Assembly (NCBI GenBank): GCA_009103225.1
Contig: RHPI01002090.1
Location: forward strand, 892,414-956,413
Reading direction: 5' to 3'
Origin: Chlorokybus atmophyticus
Lineage: Eukaryota > Plantae > Mesostigma and Chlorokybus algae
DNA length: 64,000 nt
Position 1 is the first letter of the stretch; every line of letters begins with the position of its first letter. Under the pieces are notes generated by a model. That model worked only from the letters and a program-made list of their open reading frames with translations, was not told where the DNA came from and did no database searches. Shown here in pieces: positions 12,781-26,728 of the stretch. Position numbers and translations under genes: made by a program.

Positions 12781-14875
12781 CAGGCATCTCAAGATACTGT
12801 TCCCACCGTTGTATTGCACTCCTGCATTGGTTTGCGGCAACACACGCTGAAGGCCCCTTGGACTTCTGCAAAATTGAATGGTGTAGCATCCCGATACAGC
12901 ACGCAGACTCCCGGCAAATTGGGATCATCGGCTGTGCCATTGTCTATTGCACCTTGGGTAGGTAACCTACCTTGTCTATGCGCATATAGGGGTAGGCTCA
13001 TGTGCATGCTGCTGAACAGCTGCATGTGGGCGTAGACATGTATGTAACTTAGGTTGTGGAGATTGTGCGTTGTATTGCTGTACCGTGCCTGATGCTCGTG
13101 TTGTGGTGTTCGTTGTATGGATGGGCTTGACGTGCACGTTGGTATGTCTAGTACTGCACCAAACAGGTCTGTTGTTGTTGTCAAGACAACCGCATTATGC
13201 GGACCGTGAGCGTGCTCCTTGTGTTGAGCTGGTTTGCCAGCTCACTTTAGCTGTGAAGTTGGGTGCTTCGTAACTTCAGGTTGGTGATTTCAGTGTCTGT
13301 ACACTGCAGAGTCGCGGGAACAGTTCTGACCTGCTGGTTTGCTGTGCAGGGAGCTGGCGCCTTCTGTGCTAGTGTACATAAGCCAAGACGGAATTGCATT
13401 GCACCGCAAGGTACAGCATTGCTGGGCTTGCGCAAGGTGAGTGTGGCCTTCAGAGCGCAGAGCTACTCATGCCCACCCTGAGCTGGAAGGGTCTCTCTGT
13501 TGCATGCTGCGAGTGCTGCAGAGTCCAGACCTACAGCTTTCTGTGGTCGTAACTTGATACTGTCCTGGGCATGTAGTGCTTGCAGCCACCTTGATGCACC
13601 TGACCACTTCTCTGTATCTTTCTGCTGGGGTTCCTTCCCTGCACCTTACCCCTACAAGTTACATCTACTGGGAAGTGGCATGTACTCCCAGCTGCGGTTG
13701 ACCAGGTACTGGCTTTGAGGCCGAGTGTACAGGGCCAACATCATCATGGCGGGCATCCCGCTATGCAAGTTATGCCAGCACATGCAACCGATTACAGATG
13801 AGCTCGCTGTCGGAGGAAGCGCAATATTGTACACATTGTTTGCATCACAACAGTTAGAAAAGCCGCTTGCATAAAGTTACTATTGGAACTGCACATCAAT
13901 TTGCTTGCAACATGTTGTGCTTGTAATGAATTTGCTGTGTGCGAAATGCGATGGCCTTGCCAAGCCGGCCGCTGTAAGCAAGCTTGACTATTATCATGAT
14001 GTTGTGACCTCTGGAGCCTTGTAGTTGGACAAGTGAGCAGCTTGACGAAGGTAGTTTTGTCAATTGCTTTGCATGCATAGGTGCGGTGCATGCGTTCAAG
14101 ACTGTAAGCATCAGTTCAACAGCGTGTGTAAAACATTGTCGTCTGCAACCAATGTCTTGAGCCTGGTGTTCTTGAATTGCTTCGATGCTCTACAAAGGCA
14201 TGTTAACAAACTCGGCAGTTGGTGGGTTGTCCAGCAGCTTCCTATCAGCTGTCATGCATGATTGGTTGGACAAGTGTGCTCTGACCTTGGGCTGACCGAT
14301 GTCACCGATGCAAGCACGCAAGCACACGCACACCGTATGTGTAGTTGTGCTGGTATGCTGCATCTGGTTCCTTGACAGTCTTGTGTTGATGCTTGTGTAG
14401 ATTGCGACCACTAGTGTGCACGCTGAAAGACAACAGCAAGTGTTCAGCGGAGGTACACAACGTAATGACAGTGAAACCAGAGATGGCAGATCAACATAGC
14501 ACCCCGCAACTGAACTCACAGCATTGCCAAACTTCGCAGTCACGCAGGGTCTTGAGCATCATGCTGACGAGCCAGAGTCCTGGAACCCTTGTACAACTGT
14601 GCACAGTGGGTGCATTGAATACTGTATGTAGTTGACAAATTGACCTGTTCTTAGCTAGAGTACTAGGCATGCGGGTGAATGGCGTGCGTTGCTGACCACT
14701 ATGTGGCATTGTTGTTTCGACTGTGGCATTGCTTGCGCACCATCTGTGTCACGCTGTGGCACGGTTTGGCCAGAGCAGCGTTGTTGCATGTCAATTTTAG
14801 GGCTGAGTATGGTACTGAAACTGATGTGGAGAGGTAGTCAGTCTGTGAAATGCAGTCAGTTCTTTCACAGGTGCA

Positions 14876-17226
14876 TCAGATGGCCGCCGCCAGAAGCGCC
14901 TTTGTCTCACGCACAAGGAATGTCAGCCCTCTGATACCATGCCATCAGCTTATCAGTACACAGCGCATCGCGTACTCAACGCAAGACCACCAGTGAATGC
15001 TTACCCGGGTCCTTGGCTGCTTGCAGTGGCAACAATGCGGCTGAACTCTGGGCTTGGTGGCACCAGCTGTGACATACATCAAGTTGGGATGGCTTGTGAC
15101 TGCAATGCGACCCCAATGACTGAACATACTTGCGTCAAGTTACCTGAGCGCTTCTCACAGATAAGCTAGTGGGTTGCATGAAAACATGCAGCTCATGAAC
15201 AATTGGAGAGGCCACTGGGCGTTGAATGACGTTGCTTCGTGGAGCCACGTGAGATGTTAACTGAAGGCTGACGGAATCCTCTGCTATTTCCAGTATGCTG
15301 ACTCCAGATATCGTGCTGATGAACTGGATCATTTCCTTGTACCTAGCAAAGACAGCGACACGTTTAGTAGCTTTGCTTAAGCGTTGCAAGAACTTGCAAA
15401 GGAGCATTGCAGCAATCTTTCAAACAGTCCAGTACCATGTCAGTGTCGAAGCAGTGTGCACGTCAGCCTCAGCGCGAGCCCTGCTCTGCGCTCGTTTGGC
15501 TTCCGCAGTTGCCACCGCTTCCCTAAGTATGGCAACCTGTCAGGGCACACCTCACAAGTCAGCGGATGAAGAGGAGAAATAAACATGCAGACATCAAAGT
15601 CAACGGATGAAGAGAGGCCACAACAACATTGCATTTGCTGCTGGTAGCTAGTCACTGAGCATACCAACCTCTGTCGTGAGCTGAGGCAGCAGGGCCTTGA
15701 TGTGCTTCAATTGTGACTCTTGCTGTTGATGTGATTTAACAACTTTCTGCATGTTGGTTGTCTAGCAGCCAGAACACTGCAGTGTCAGTTACGTGCAGCA
15801 TTCTAACACGCTTTGTGCAAAAGAGTACTGTGCATTACCTCTTCTAACAGCTGGGCTTGTGCTCGTGCCTCTTCCTGAGAAATGCACACAGTTGCAGTGG
15901 TTCAAACAAAGCCAAGATTGTGCAGTCTGCATTGCAGCGCTACATCTAAATACCTCGTGAAGCTGCTTAGCTGCAGTGCTGGTGTCTGCATCCTGAAGGT
16001 AGCAAGCCAAAGGTTGTCTGCCAGTCGCATTTCGCATAGCACCAAACCAGCTCTTTCAGAACACAGCTTAGATCAGGTACCAGCTCTGTACCTTGTCAAG
16101 CTGATCCAGCTCGCGATGCAGCGTCTTGCACTGCTCGTGAAAGGCTTGTACGCCTTACGCAATGCATGATACGTTAGCAAGCGCACAGGCAAAGCAGAGC
16201 TACTGTAGCTAACAGCAGTGCAGCAGTTACCCGCAGCGATGGTGTTGATCAGGTTTGAAATTTGCCTCTTGATGTTGGCATTGTCGTGCTTCACCTGCTT
16301 GATCGCCCGCTTGCCTTCCTGTAGCTGCTTGTCTGCATACATGGGTTAGCTTGGAGGTGCAAGCATGAGTGCAGCAAGGTGCAAACAACAGCATTAGGCA
16401 GGATCAGAATACCCAAGTCTGCATTGGATGATGGCCTCGTAGAGTAGCCGTCATCCGCGACAAACTGAAGGAAGTTCTCCTTGGCTTCAAGATCAATGTA
16501 GCTGGACTTCAGGCGGCTGAAACGCTCCTGCAGTCAAGTTGCATAAGTATGCAAGCGAGACAGCTAGGTAAGTGTGTTAATCAAACACATGTTTATTACT
16601 TGCACATTGTCACTTACATGCAGCCCTTTGATTTCGGCTTCACTCTTGCCGTCCATCTGCTCCGCCGCAGCGGCTTTCACATGGTCGAAGCGCTCATTCG
16701 TGCCTTGCAGCTCCTTCAAAGCCCTGCGCACGAATGTGACTTTGCGCCCTCTAGAACCAACGAAGTAAAGCGTGTTGACACTCTGCATGCTCACGCAATG
16801 TGGCCAGCCGTATAGGCTGCAACTACTGAACAGCCTGACCATGCAGTGCTGCAGTTTCAATAATTAGCTGGAAGGCTACAGCTACTTCGACTTGACGTGT
16901 GAACGCTTGCAAGGGCTCCATGCTGAGTTTAACAAGCAGCATTGCTGAACTCAGCACGGACAGCTTTTGGGTCATGGTTTGCGCTTCAATTGCCGATCAA
17001 AAGATTATAAACAGCTGCGACACGCATAAGTGATATTCCATCAGCACCTGCGGAGGGAAGACACGGTGGTAAGGTCGGCCGGCGCATCAGCGCTCCGCAG
17101 CCCCACCCCCCGCTGCGCTTCCGGCGTTAGCATCGCCACGTCGCCGAACGACAAGCGCTTCGCCACTATCACACCTACTCCACCCCCTGCCCCTCCACCA
17201 GCCGCCCCCACCGCCGCCGCCGCCAT
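14876..17226 (-). CDS. Coiled-coil kinetochore protein, Sos7/Kre28/Zwint-like
   Basis: Spliced model from MAAAAVGAAGG (17226). Exon ~16527-16413 reads ERFSRLKSSYIDLEAKENFLQFV (Sos7-type motif), followed by a coiled coil and an RWD-like C-terminus (EMIQFISTISGVSILEIAEDSVSLQL..LTFLVRETKALL). Some internal exons are unresolved. Confidence 0.55.
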
Positions 17227-17382
17227 GCCGCCCACCGCCCACACCAACGCCGAGCAGAAAGCTGCCAATGCTCGCAACCGTTGCAAAGGCTTTCAAATGT
17301 TCAAACACTGCAATGTATTGATGGGCATTTTTGCTACTTGACCAGAAAACTGCAGGACAACTCCTCCAGCATAGCTTTGGGC

Positions 17383-19577
17383 ATGGCGGCGAGGGGCGGG
17401 GCGCCGGTGGCGCTGGCGGGTGCGGCGGCGGTGGCGGCAGTCGGCGCTGCGGCCGGGGTGCTGCTGCTCGGATGGCATAGGGACGGCAACCGCGCGGGCG
17501 GCGGCGACGGGTTGGAGGCTAGTAGCGAGCCTGGCGGGAAGCTGCAGTGGGTGGCTGGGCTGCGCAACGCCGGCAACAACTGCTTTCTCAACGTCGTCCT
17601 GCAGGTGGACATAAAGTTTATTATGTGCCGTGTGTTGGAATGGGCGTATAGTCTATGAGGATAGCCATCCTCGCAAGATGTCGGCCATTGAAATGGGGGA
17701 CTCCAAACGCTGCTGATTGAAAGTCTTACGATGTTGTTTGTGCTCGCAGGCTCTGTCCAGCTGTGGTTCAGTGCTGCGCATGCTTGAAGAGCATGCTTTC
17801 TACACCGAGAAGACGCCGCTGCTGGACGCTTTGGGTTTCACACTGGCTGGTATGCACAAGTCATGCTCATATGCTCACATTCTTTGTGGCTACAATGAAT
17901 ATGACGTGCATGCGGTAGATACGTGCGTGGTGTTGTGGCCATGCACTCTGTTGTATGCTAAGTAGTACCCATAGTACTCACTACTCACAGCCTCATGTTT
18001 AGTCCAGATCGCCATGTTCAATGTGTGTCTTTGTGAGTGACTACCTGTATAGCCATGCAGAGCTCGCGAGGCCTGTCAAGCACGGGACCGTGATCAGCCC
18101 GAAGCAGGTGATGAAGGCGCTCGCAGCGTACGTGCCACACTTTGAGCTACACCACCAGCAGGTGACGCTCACTGCTGCATGCATCTTACAAACCGCTTGG
18201 CTTGGTTGCTTGGTTAACAACTGATATTGCTTGCTTCTTTGCAGGATGCAGCAGAAGCGCTAACGCATCTCATCACTGCCATGCGCTGTGAGCTTGACGA
18301 GCAACTGCAAACACAGACAGCGACAGCAAACAGGCGCCTGTCCATTGCATCATTGACCACACCAGCGGATGGTTATGACGGTTCATGCAATGGCGTGAGG
18401 CAGCTTCACTTCAAGGAGTCTGTCTCTCGTGCGCTTGACCTTGCAACTGAGTCTAGCAGTAGCATACAACAGCTTTGCAAATATGACGAGGAGGTGGAAG
18501 CGGCGAATAATGTGCAGAGGAGTGTAACGGGCACGCTTGCAAGCACAACTTCTGCAGGTGCAGCCATGAGCAGAGATTGGTTCAAACTCAAACGGCAGGC
18601 AACCCTTTCGCCATTGCAGGGTTTGCTAGCCAACTCTCTGTCGTGTTTTTGCGGGCACGAGTATGTCACTCAGTTCTCGCCATTCAGTGTGCTGCCTCTG
18701 CATATTCCACTTGATCCGCGTACGGGTGATGTCAAGCTCGGTACGACGCTGCTGGACTGCTTGCAGCGCTTCACGGCAACCGAGGTTGTTGAGGGTGTAG
18801 CGTGCACACACTGCTCGCATCTAGCCACTGCCCGCGCGCTGGCATCCAATGAAGAAGCCAAGCTTCAGCACAACCAGGTAGTGTGCTCTTGTGTGCCTGT
18901 TGCCACCTATGTACTGCAATACAAGCAAACTGTGTAAGAGTTGATCCCTTGCAGCAGACACACTGTTATTGCAGGTGTTGAAGACCCTTCTTTGGTGCAG
19001 AGTTGCACAGGGGTGTGACTGCCAGCGAGTTGTTCACCAAGCGGGCCTGCCGTGGCACAGCGTCGGTGCCAAAGCATGCAAAAAGATGACGGTCGGGAGG
19101 TTTCCCCCAGTCTTGTGTCTGCAGCTCCAGCGGTCAACTGTGTCCCCAGCAGGAAGGCTGCACAAAGCTGCTGGCCATGTCTCATTCCCGGCAACGCTCA
19201 ATGCGGGACAGCTCCTCGCCCACAGTTTTGAGACATTACCGAATCAAGCTCTAGTGGGACTGGACACAGCCGCAGCAGCCATGTTGACGGGCCAAGCGGC
19301 TCGATCGCTGCTTCTCCGGCAGATGTTGCAAACTGGCAGCATGCCCGGAGCCAACCACGCGCCAACCCACTTGTATAATCTTGTAGCTGTTGTGGTGCAT
19401 TTCGGAACGAGGCAGTCAGGACACTACACAGTGTTTCGCACGCTGAAGGCCGTGGGCAAGGAACAGCAGCAGCAGTGGTTCTCAGTTTCAGATACGCGTG
19501 TCAGACAAGTTACCTTTCAAGAGGTGGAAGCAGCAGAAGCTTCACTGCTACTCTATGAGGCCAAAAGGTGGCGGTAA
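17383..19577 (+). CDS. Ubiquitin-specific protease (C19), USP30/UBP27-like with N-terminal membrane anchor
   Basis: Hydrophobic N-terminus, Cys box GLRNAGNNCFLNVVLQ, HQQDAAEAL, PLQGLLANSLSC, His box AVVVHFGTRQSGHYTVFR, WFSVSDTRV, ASLLLYE. Confidence 0.92.
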
Positions 19578-20499
19578 ACACTAGGCAGGTGAAGTGCTGT
19601 TTGCTTACCGCAAGGTTGTGCGTGTTGCCAAAGGGATGACAGCAGTGCTTTGCTGCTCTGTTGTGCTACTCATGTGTGCTCCTTCACCGCGTGGCGGTGA
19701 CACGATCACCTATCGGTTAATGCATGTGACCCGTCACACATTGCCACATAAGATCACAAGATATGAAACATGCACTGGTGCGGCAAATATCATGAGCAAT
19801 GTCATGGCTTCATACAATTGTGCTGATGTGAACGAACTGCAGGCCTGGCCACACTGATGGGGCAGGTTTTGCAGGCTAAGACTACCCACCCTCTACCTGA
19901 TCACACTCTGTATACATACATACATGATTGTTTGTAGCGTGCAATGCTCTACCTCATAGTAATGCACACCCACACGCATCACGCACATTACCATCTACCT
20001 GCACTGTGAGTACTGGTGGTGGCTGGCTGCTTGTCGGCTGGAAGCTTCTGGTGTTGACTTGGTTAGCAACTTACTTACCATGATTACTGCTCGGTTCATG
20101 TACATGATGATTGTCTCAAACCATCCGGTAAACATTCCATGTTGGGTTTACCAACCATTTGAGTGTCCCGCAATTGCAGGTGGTTGTGACAGCATAATTT
20201 CTCCGCATCTGAATGCTCTTGTTGCGCGACAGGAACGCAGCATTTGTTTGGGCAACACTTACAAGCGCGATTGTTGGTGAGCGTCACTTGGTCCAATACA
20301 TACACCTGCAAAGCACCGTATGCAACCGTCTCGCGTGCCCCTCATAACCATAGGTGCCAATGTGGATTAGAAGTTGACAAGACTACAGATAAGCAGCCTG
20401 CAGCCTGTTTGCGTGCAGCACCTAGCAAAGCAACTTGAAATGCCTCACATCTGTACACATTGAACTCAGCTGTTGGCATGCTTTATATACTACATTACG

Positions 20500-21826
20500 T
20501 TACACCAATGTACAAGGGCATTGTGCTGGTGGGCATACTTTGCCATGGCGGAGCTGGCAGCTCCGCCGAAGCCAATCATGGCCCATTAACCCAGTCCTGT
20601 ACTTTTTGCATACCTGCATCCATCATTCCTCAATCAAGTTTCAGCTATGCAGAAGCATCTGACCATGAAGTGCACCTGTTGCGAGCAGGCTTGAGAGCGC
20701 TGTGGAGATAGTTGCAAGCTCCTTCGAGTAACGCCGTAGGAGGTCGTCCTATGCAATATTACATATTACATAATACATATTACATCAGAACAGTGTCGCA
20801 GTGTGATCTAAGTTGAATCTCCAGCAAGGAGAGGACTCTTGCTCGTCACGCATGCTTACAAGCTCTTTTTGTCCAAAGGATAGGACAGCTTCAATTTGCG
20901 CCATATGCTGGGACAGAAGCGGTGTAATCACCGAGTCAAACACCACTTGGGCGCCCTGCATGTCCTTGATCAGTGGAGGTACAGCTAGAAGCGCATCAGT
21001 CCACAAGAAAGCATGTACAGGTGACCAGGCCATTACATCAAAATACGGAAGTTGCAGCCACAGAAGGAACAACAGCCTTGCTTGTGCGTAGAATGGTATG
21101 CTGCAAGAAAACGACCGTTGAGCATAGTATCTCCCGTCAGTTGATAACACCAGTGACATGCTTACCAGTACAGCAGGCGGCCGCTAAGTCTCTCCGCAAA
21201 CAAGACACACCCGTACACTGCAACAAGTGCATTTCAGCAAGTATGAGAGTGGTTGCAATAGCACAGCATAACGGCATGGCATGGGACCTTGCATGGCGAC
21301 AACATCCAAAACGTCATTACGTGCTATGCACTGTCATTCTGGCTGCTAATGGCGCCGGGCGATGATGACATGCATTTGATGTTCATCACATCAGGACCAT
21401 GCGACAATGGCTGTACCTGACCAGTAGGTAAGCCACTTCTTGTGCTCACGATGCCGCTGCTTTGATTGCAAGACTTTGCTGCTGGCCAGAACCGGGTAAA
21501 GCTCCACTGCCGCACTGCAGCGCAAGAAAGCGATTGCTGCTGAGAGTCTCAGTGCCAATTTGCTATGCGGCCGGTCGTAATGCAGCATAGCTCACCCCAC
21601 GGTCCTGGTTATCACATGCGAAGCTGCAGCGGGCACAAGGAGCAGGCCAAGTCCCACCTGTTGTTGAACCATTGAGTCTAATGACCCATGCGACCTTCTG
21701 GCTGTATCCCTCGCTTACCAGCGCTGTGCCTTTGTTGCCGAGGCTGCATTCGCTGGTATCCGCAGCCGCATTATACCGCTGTGGCTTCGTCGCCGCCTCC
21801 TCAGGCTCAGCTGGCCCGCCGCCCAT
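20500..21826 (-). CDS. HVA22/REEP (TB2/DP1) family membrane protein
   Basis: LYPVLASSKVL..KKWLTYW, PFYAQARLLFLLWLQLP..GAQVVFDSVITPLL. Start codon and last exon are uncertain. Confidence 0.8.
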
Positions 21827-22091
21827 GATCACAATGTCGCTATCTTTGTTCAGAAGCATGCCCACTTGAAACAGCCAAGGCAAGCACTCGGGTCACCGCC
21901 GCCTCCGCCTCCTCCACTGTGTGCAAGCATGCAGCTTGTCTGTTGAACTGCTGGTAGCTTAACCAGGACAGTGCCGTGCTAACCACGTAATTGGCGTATT
22001 TGGCGATCAATGGCTAACCGTAGTTGCGTTTTTAGTTGACCACATAGCACACTTGCTATCAGCCACAACCTAGTAGCTGAGGTGGACGTGG

Positions 22092-25000
22092 ATGATGGCG
22101 GCGACGGCGGCGGGGCGCAGGGCGGGGCTGCTGGCTGGGCAGCTCAATCCTCCCCCGGGCTGCGAAGAGCTGCTTGAGCGAGCGGAGCTGCTTCTGGGTG
22201 GCGAGGAAGCTGCGGGTCCAACTGGCGCCGTCTTCGCCCAGGCCACTTCGTCCTCCGGCCGCTTCGAAGGCGCTCCTGGGTCCAGCAAATGGAAGAACTG
22301 GGCTGGGAACGCCTCTTGCACGCCACGCTACTATCATGAGCCGCAGTCAAAGGTGCGATGGTTAATCACTTACACATGCTTGTGCCTGTCTCTAATCCTT
22401 GTTCGCTACTGTTGACGCTATGATGAGTGCAGCATTTTTCCTTTAGTTTTTTTCAAGTGTTTGAAGAAACCTGATTTAATGGCAGGACATCTGACCTGTA
22501 ATTTGGTAACAGCTACTATGAACCTAATCATGGTAGCTGTTACCGATTCTGTGTTCTTACGTGTTCCTAAACACCTTGATAGTATCAACTGAAAACCGCA
22601 GGTAGCATGTTTCAAACTGTTCGGGACAGCCTGTCCCTTCTGTGGCCACCAAGAGTTGTGACTCTCATCTATCTATGTATACCAGGAAGAGGTGATTGAC
22701 ATACTGAAGCGCGCAGCCGAAGCCGGGGAGAAAGTGGTAGTGGTACGTTGAGATTGTGTAGACTGTGACTGTGTGAATGTGTTAACGGCATGCACACAAC
22801 GTACTTGGTGTTGCACTGTCAAGCTGCCTAGTTCTGTACGTCCTGCATCATGTACGTAGTGCACTGGTGCAGGACGCACAGTTCAGATTTTCAAGCAGAA
22901 TGTATGTTCATGCAAACATACATTGCCTGCTGCCGTCTGCTGCAGGTTGGAGATGGCCACTCCAATAACGACATAGCTTGCACCAGCGACCACATGCTGT
23001 CACTTGATCGGTGTGATAGAGTGATCACTGTGGACGATAAGGCACTCACAGTCACGGTTCAGGTACGTTTCAACCATCTATTATCGACATTGTTATGGTG
23101 GCGGGTTTTGACGCTTCATGTGCTTGGTGGCAGGGTGGTGTTCGGCTCAAACAGCTCAACGAGTTTCTTCCTCTTCATGGCATGGCAATGGCCAATCTGG
23201 GGTCCATATCGGAGCAGAGCATTGCAGGAGCAATATCGACAGCTGTGCATGGCACGGGGATGCGCTATGGCACATTGTCCACGCGCGTGTTGGAGTTGGA
23301 GCTGATCACAGCGACAGGCCAAGTCCTTTCGTGCAGTCGGCAGCAGAACGAACGGGTCTTCATGGCGGCGCTGTGCGGGCTAGGAGCTCTTGGAGTGATT
23401 TCCTCGCTGAAAATTCAGTGCGAGAAGGCGTTCAAGCTGCGATCCGTGGAGGTTTGTTCGCATTGTGTGCTTACGGGTCATGCTTGTCTTTCTGTTGGTT
23501 TTCCAAGTGAAGTTGCCCTATGAAGAGAAATAGCGTCATGAGGCCAGGCTGGTGCTTGTCGCCGCCGGCTATGCTTGTTTACACGTATCAGATCAGAAGG
23601 GCTATATGTGGGCTATATGTCGAATGGTCGTTAGGCAGTTGCGCACTAAGTAGCGCCCTACGATTACAACCATATATCAGTGAGGTACCCACCGGTGAGA
23701 GCTGAATGTACTAAGTTTATGATGGGCGCGGCATAATCACGTGCTTGTGAGCATGCAGGTCAACTGTGTTGCTTAACCTAGCAGTTAACCAAATATCTGG
23801 CTTATTTCTTGCAGATTCCATCAACACTGACAGACACATTGGAGCACCTCGACAAGTATACCTCAGACGCTGAACACTTCCGTTTCTGGTATATGTTGTG
23901 CGGCGCACCCTGTCATCCGTATGCGTTGCTGCATGGCACCGCAGTTAACCAGCAACATCCACTTGTCAGGTACTTTCCTCACACAGAGAGAACTGTTGTT
24001 TGGCGGGCTGAACGCACGACAGAACCCAATACCCCTGAGGACACTTCCAAGTTGGGGTGGTTCAAGGTGCTCTTGCAATGCTTGTCTGTGCAGCTACTTT
24101 GAATGACTTGTGTATAGTTGGTAGATGCGGCTGTTGTCGCTGGCATGTACATTTGCATTTGACAAGGAGTTTGGCGGAGCTTACTATGTGATACGTGAGT
24201 GCGGACATTTAGCTTCCTCATTGATGTGCTGATGTGCAGAACACGGTTATTGGGTACCACCTCTTGGAGCTTTTGTACTACCTTGCTGGATATGCTCCAT
24301 CTGCCGTCCCTATCATCAACCGGTTTTATCGCAAGCTGCTCTTCAATGAGGAGAAGGTGTGTTGCTGGAGGTAGCACACATTGCCATATTGTTACAAGTT
24401 GCATAGCAAGGTGGCGCAACCTGTCCAGGTGAAAATTGGCCGCAGCGACCTGGTGTTCAACTTCGACTGCCTGTTCAGACAACATGTGAATGAATGGGCC
24501 ATTCCCCAGGAGAACTGTGGCAAGGCGCTCATGGGTTTGAAAAAGCTCATTGAGGAGAATCAATTCAAAGTCCATTATCCTGTTGAGGTGCTTTGCTCGA
24601 GCCTTGCATGACCTGTGGACCCTAATGCGTTGGGTTTGGTGAGGTTCTGTGTACACAAATGTTGATCCCTATAGGTTCGATTTGTTGCTGCGGACGATGT
24701 GTGGCTGAGCCCATGCTATGGACGCGAAACCTGTTACATTGGTGTTATCATGTACAGACCCTTTGGCGCGGACGTGCCATCTGCGGAGTAAGTTGTGCAT
24801 GTTGGTGCTGCGCACAACCCCAAGCGCATTGCAGGATTGTATTGAATGTGCTTCATGACACCTTGTCAGGTATGTCAAGAAGTACTTTGACAAGTATGAG
24901 GCTTTGATGCTGTCGCTTGACGGAAGGCCTCATTGGGCCAAACCGCACTCGCTGCGAAAACCGGACTTTCAAAAGTCGTATCCCAAGGTGCGCGTGTCTT

Positions 25001-25175
25001 GTGTTTGGCTCTCACACAGCCTGATGAGAGAGTGGAGCATGTGACGATGCAAGCAGACTTGTGCGTACTAAGTTGTGCTGCATGCCAGTTTGACGACTTC
25101 CTTGAAGTCCGTAGCGAGCTGGATCCTCACCACTTATTCAGCAACAAGTACCTTCAGCGGGTGTTAGATGATTGA
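22092..25175 (+). CDS. GULO: L-gulono-1,4-lactone oxidase / D-arabinono-1,4-lactone oxidase (GULO/ALO type)
   Basis: About 10 exons. WKNWAG, VGDGHS (covalent FAD His), [91 protein letters not shown]. Confidence 0.9.
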
Positions 25176-26222
25176 GTCGTTCACTGTATTGCCAGATGCC
25201 TATATTACCAAACATGCCTACAACATTGGAGCTCCTTCTCGTTTGTCATGTGCTCGTATTGCTGCCAGCGTTGTTGGGATCACTGGCATTCATTTGTTTG
25301 GAGTTGGTACCAGATACGGCTGAGTTGCGCTCAGCGCATTGGCACGAGGACACAATACTAGTTGTGGTCCTGGCATAGATGCCTGTACTGTTCAGCTCTG
25401 CTCGTTAAAGTGCCGCTTGCAAGCTAGAGAACTGGAGACTACCTTTATGCAGAGGTTATGGGCAGTGCTTAGCTAACAAGTGAACTGTCAAACTTGATAT
25501 GGCACCTGTGTATTTGGCTTGATGAAAGAATTCGGCCATCATGTATGGGTGTGCTGTTTACTGTGTACCGGGTATCTGAGTGGCAGATGCATAGCATCGG
25601 GCACAGCAGCAAGGCACATGCAGGGGGGAGAACTTTTATTCCACCAGGGGCTTACACGCTAACTATGTGCCAACTAAGTGCACGTGAGTGGGGCGGAGGG
25701 ATGGGCGAGGCAGGGCAGGGCAAGATGGCAAAGCAACCGTGTACAAACCTGTAGCAACAGGTGCCATACATTCTCTTGGTTGATTTCCGTAAGTTTTGGG
25801 CACGCCTTGTTGATGCTGTTGTTCAATGCTTTCCCAGACATATGGCGCACTATACAATAATGTCACCTTTCTTTTGTACAATGAGCTTGGTGCAATTTTA
25901 CATTCGTATATGCACAGCAACAGGGTGTTGTGTGTAACAGCAGCATGCCTGCACATGTTCAACAACACCCCGAGTCTTTGTACACCAACGCAGTTTCTGT
26001 AGGCATACATCCACTATCTGATTGTTGCTATACACTCACCCTATGTCACTTTGCTACACTGTTAGACTACACTTCACAATGATACAAAGGATGCAAGGCA
26101 CTCCAGCCCGGCATGCTGATGAGCTCAGAGCGCATCCCGCCAACGGCAACGTCTGGTTTGGGGATGCGCTCTTCATGGAGCCGGAGGAGAACACCTCATC
26201 AAGTTAATGAATGTCTCCCTCA

Positions 26223-26670
26223 TTAGTTCTTCCAGACGAACCACCACAACAGCAGCGCTACCGCGCACACGTTGAATAGCAGAATTGGCCACACGTACTG
26301 CCTGGAAAGGAGGTGAGCTTCAAAGCAAAAGAGACCATGCACTGCAGCGGCTAAGCATGCAGCACCAGCCTTACCAGTATCATCTGAACTCCGCCCAGCA
26401 ATACTGCCAGCTGCAAGTGGCTGTGGTTGCGTCGTCTTCATCCTATTATTCGGGTGCAGCACAACGCTTGCTCAGAGCTTGTGCGTGATAACAACAAAGC
26501 AGTTTCAAGCTTCATATCTTGCTCAAGTGTCTTGCTGACGAAACGCATGGCATGCAAGCACAAAGGCACCATCACACCTGCACGTCAATTCGGACGTCGA
26601 CACTGTCGTCAGCGTCGCCATGCGGGCGCTGCGGCGGCAACAGCTTCGCCGTCTCGTCCCTTTGCTCCAT
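26223..26670 (-). CDS. Possible small tail-anchored membrane protein (unresolved model)
   Basis: ATG at 26670 follows a GGC-rich leader. A downstream frame ends in a TM-like tail YVWPILLFNVCAVALLLWWFVWKN*. I could not join the parts with a clean splice model. Confidence 0.25.
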
Positions 26671-26696
26671 ATAGACCAGGAGGCGCTCCTGCTTCC

Positions 26697-26728
<32 letters not shown>

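Noticed and set aside
12790-14870. Short ORFs between the CELF and Zwint-like 3' ends
   Set aside because: No motifs or consistent exon chain. Likely UTR/intergenic.
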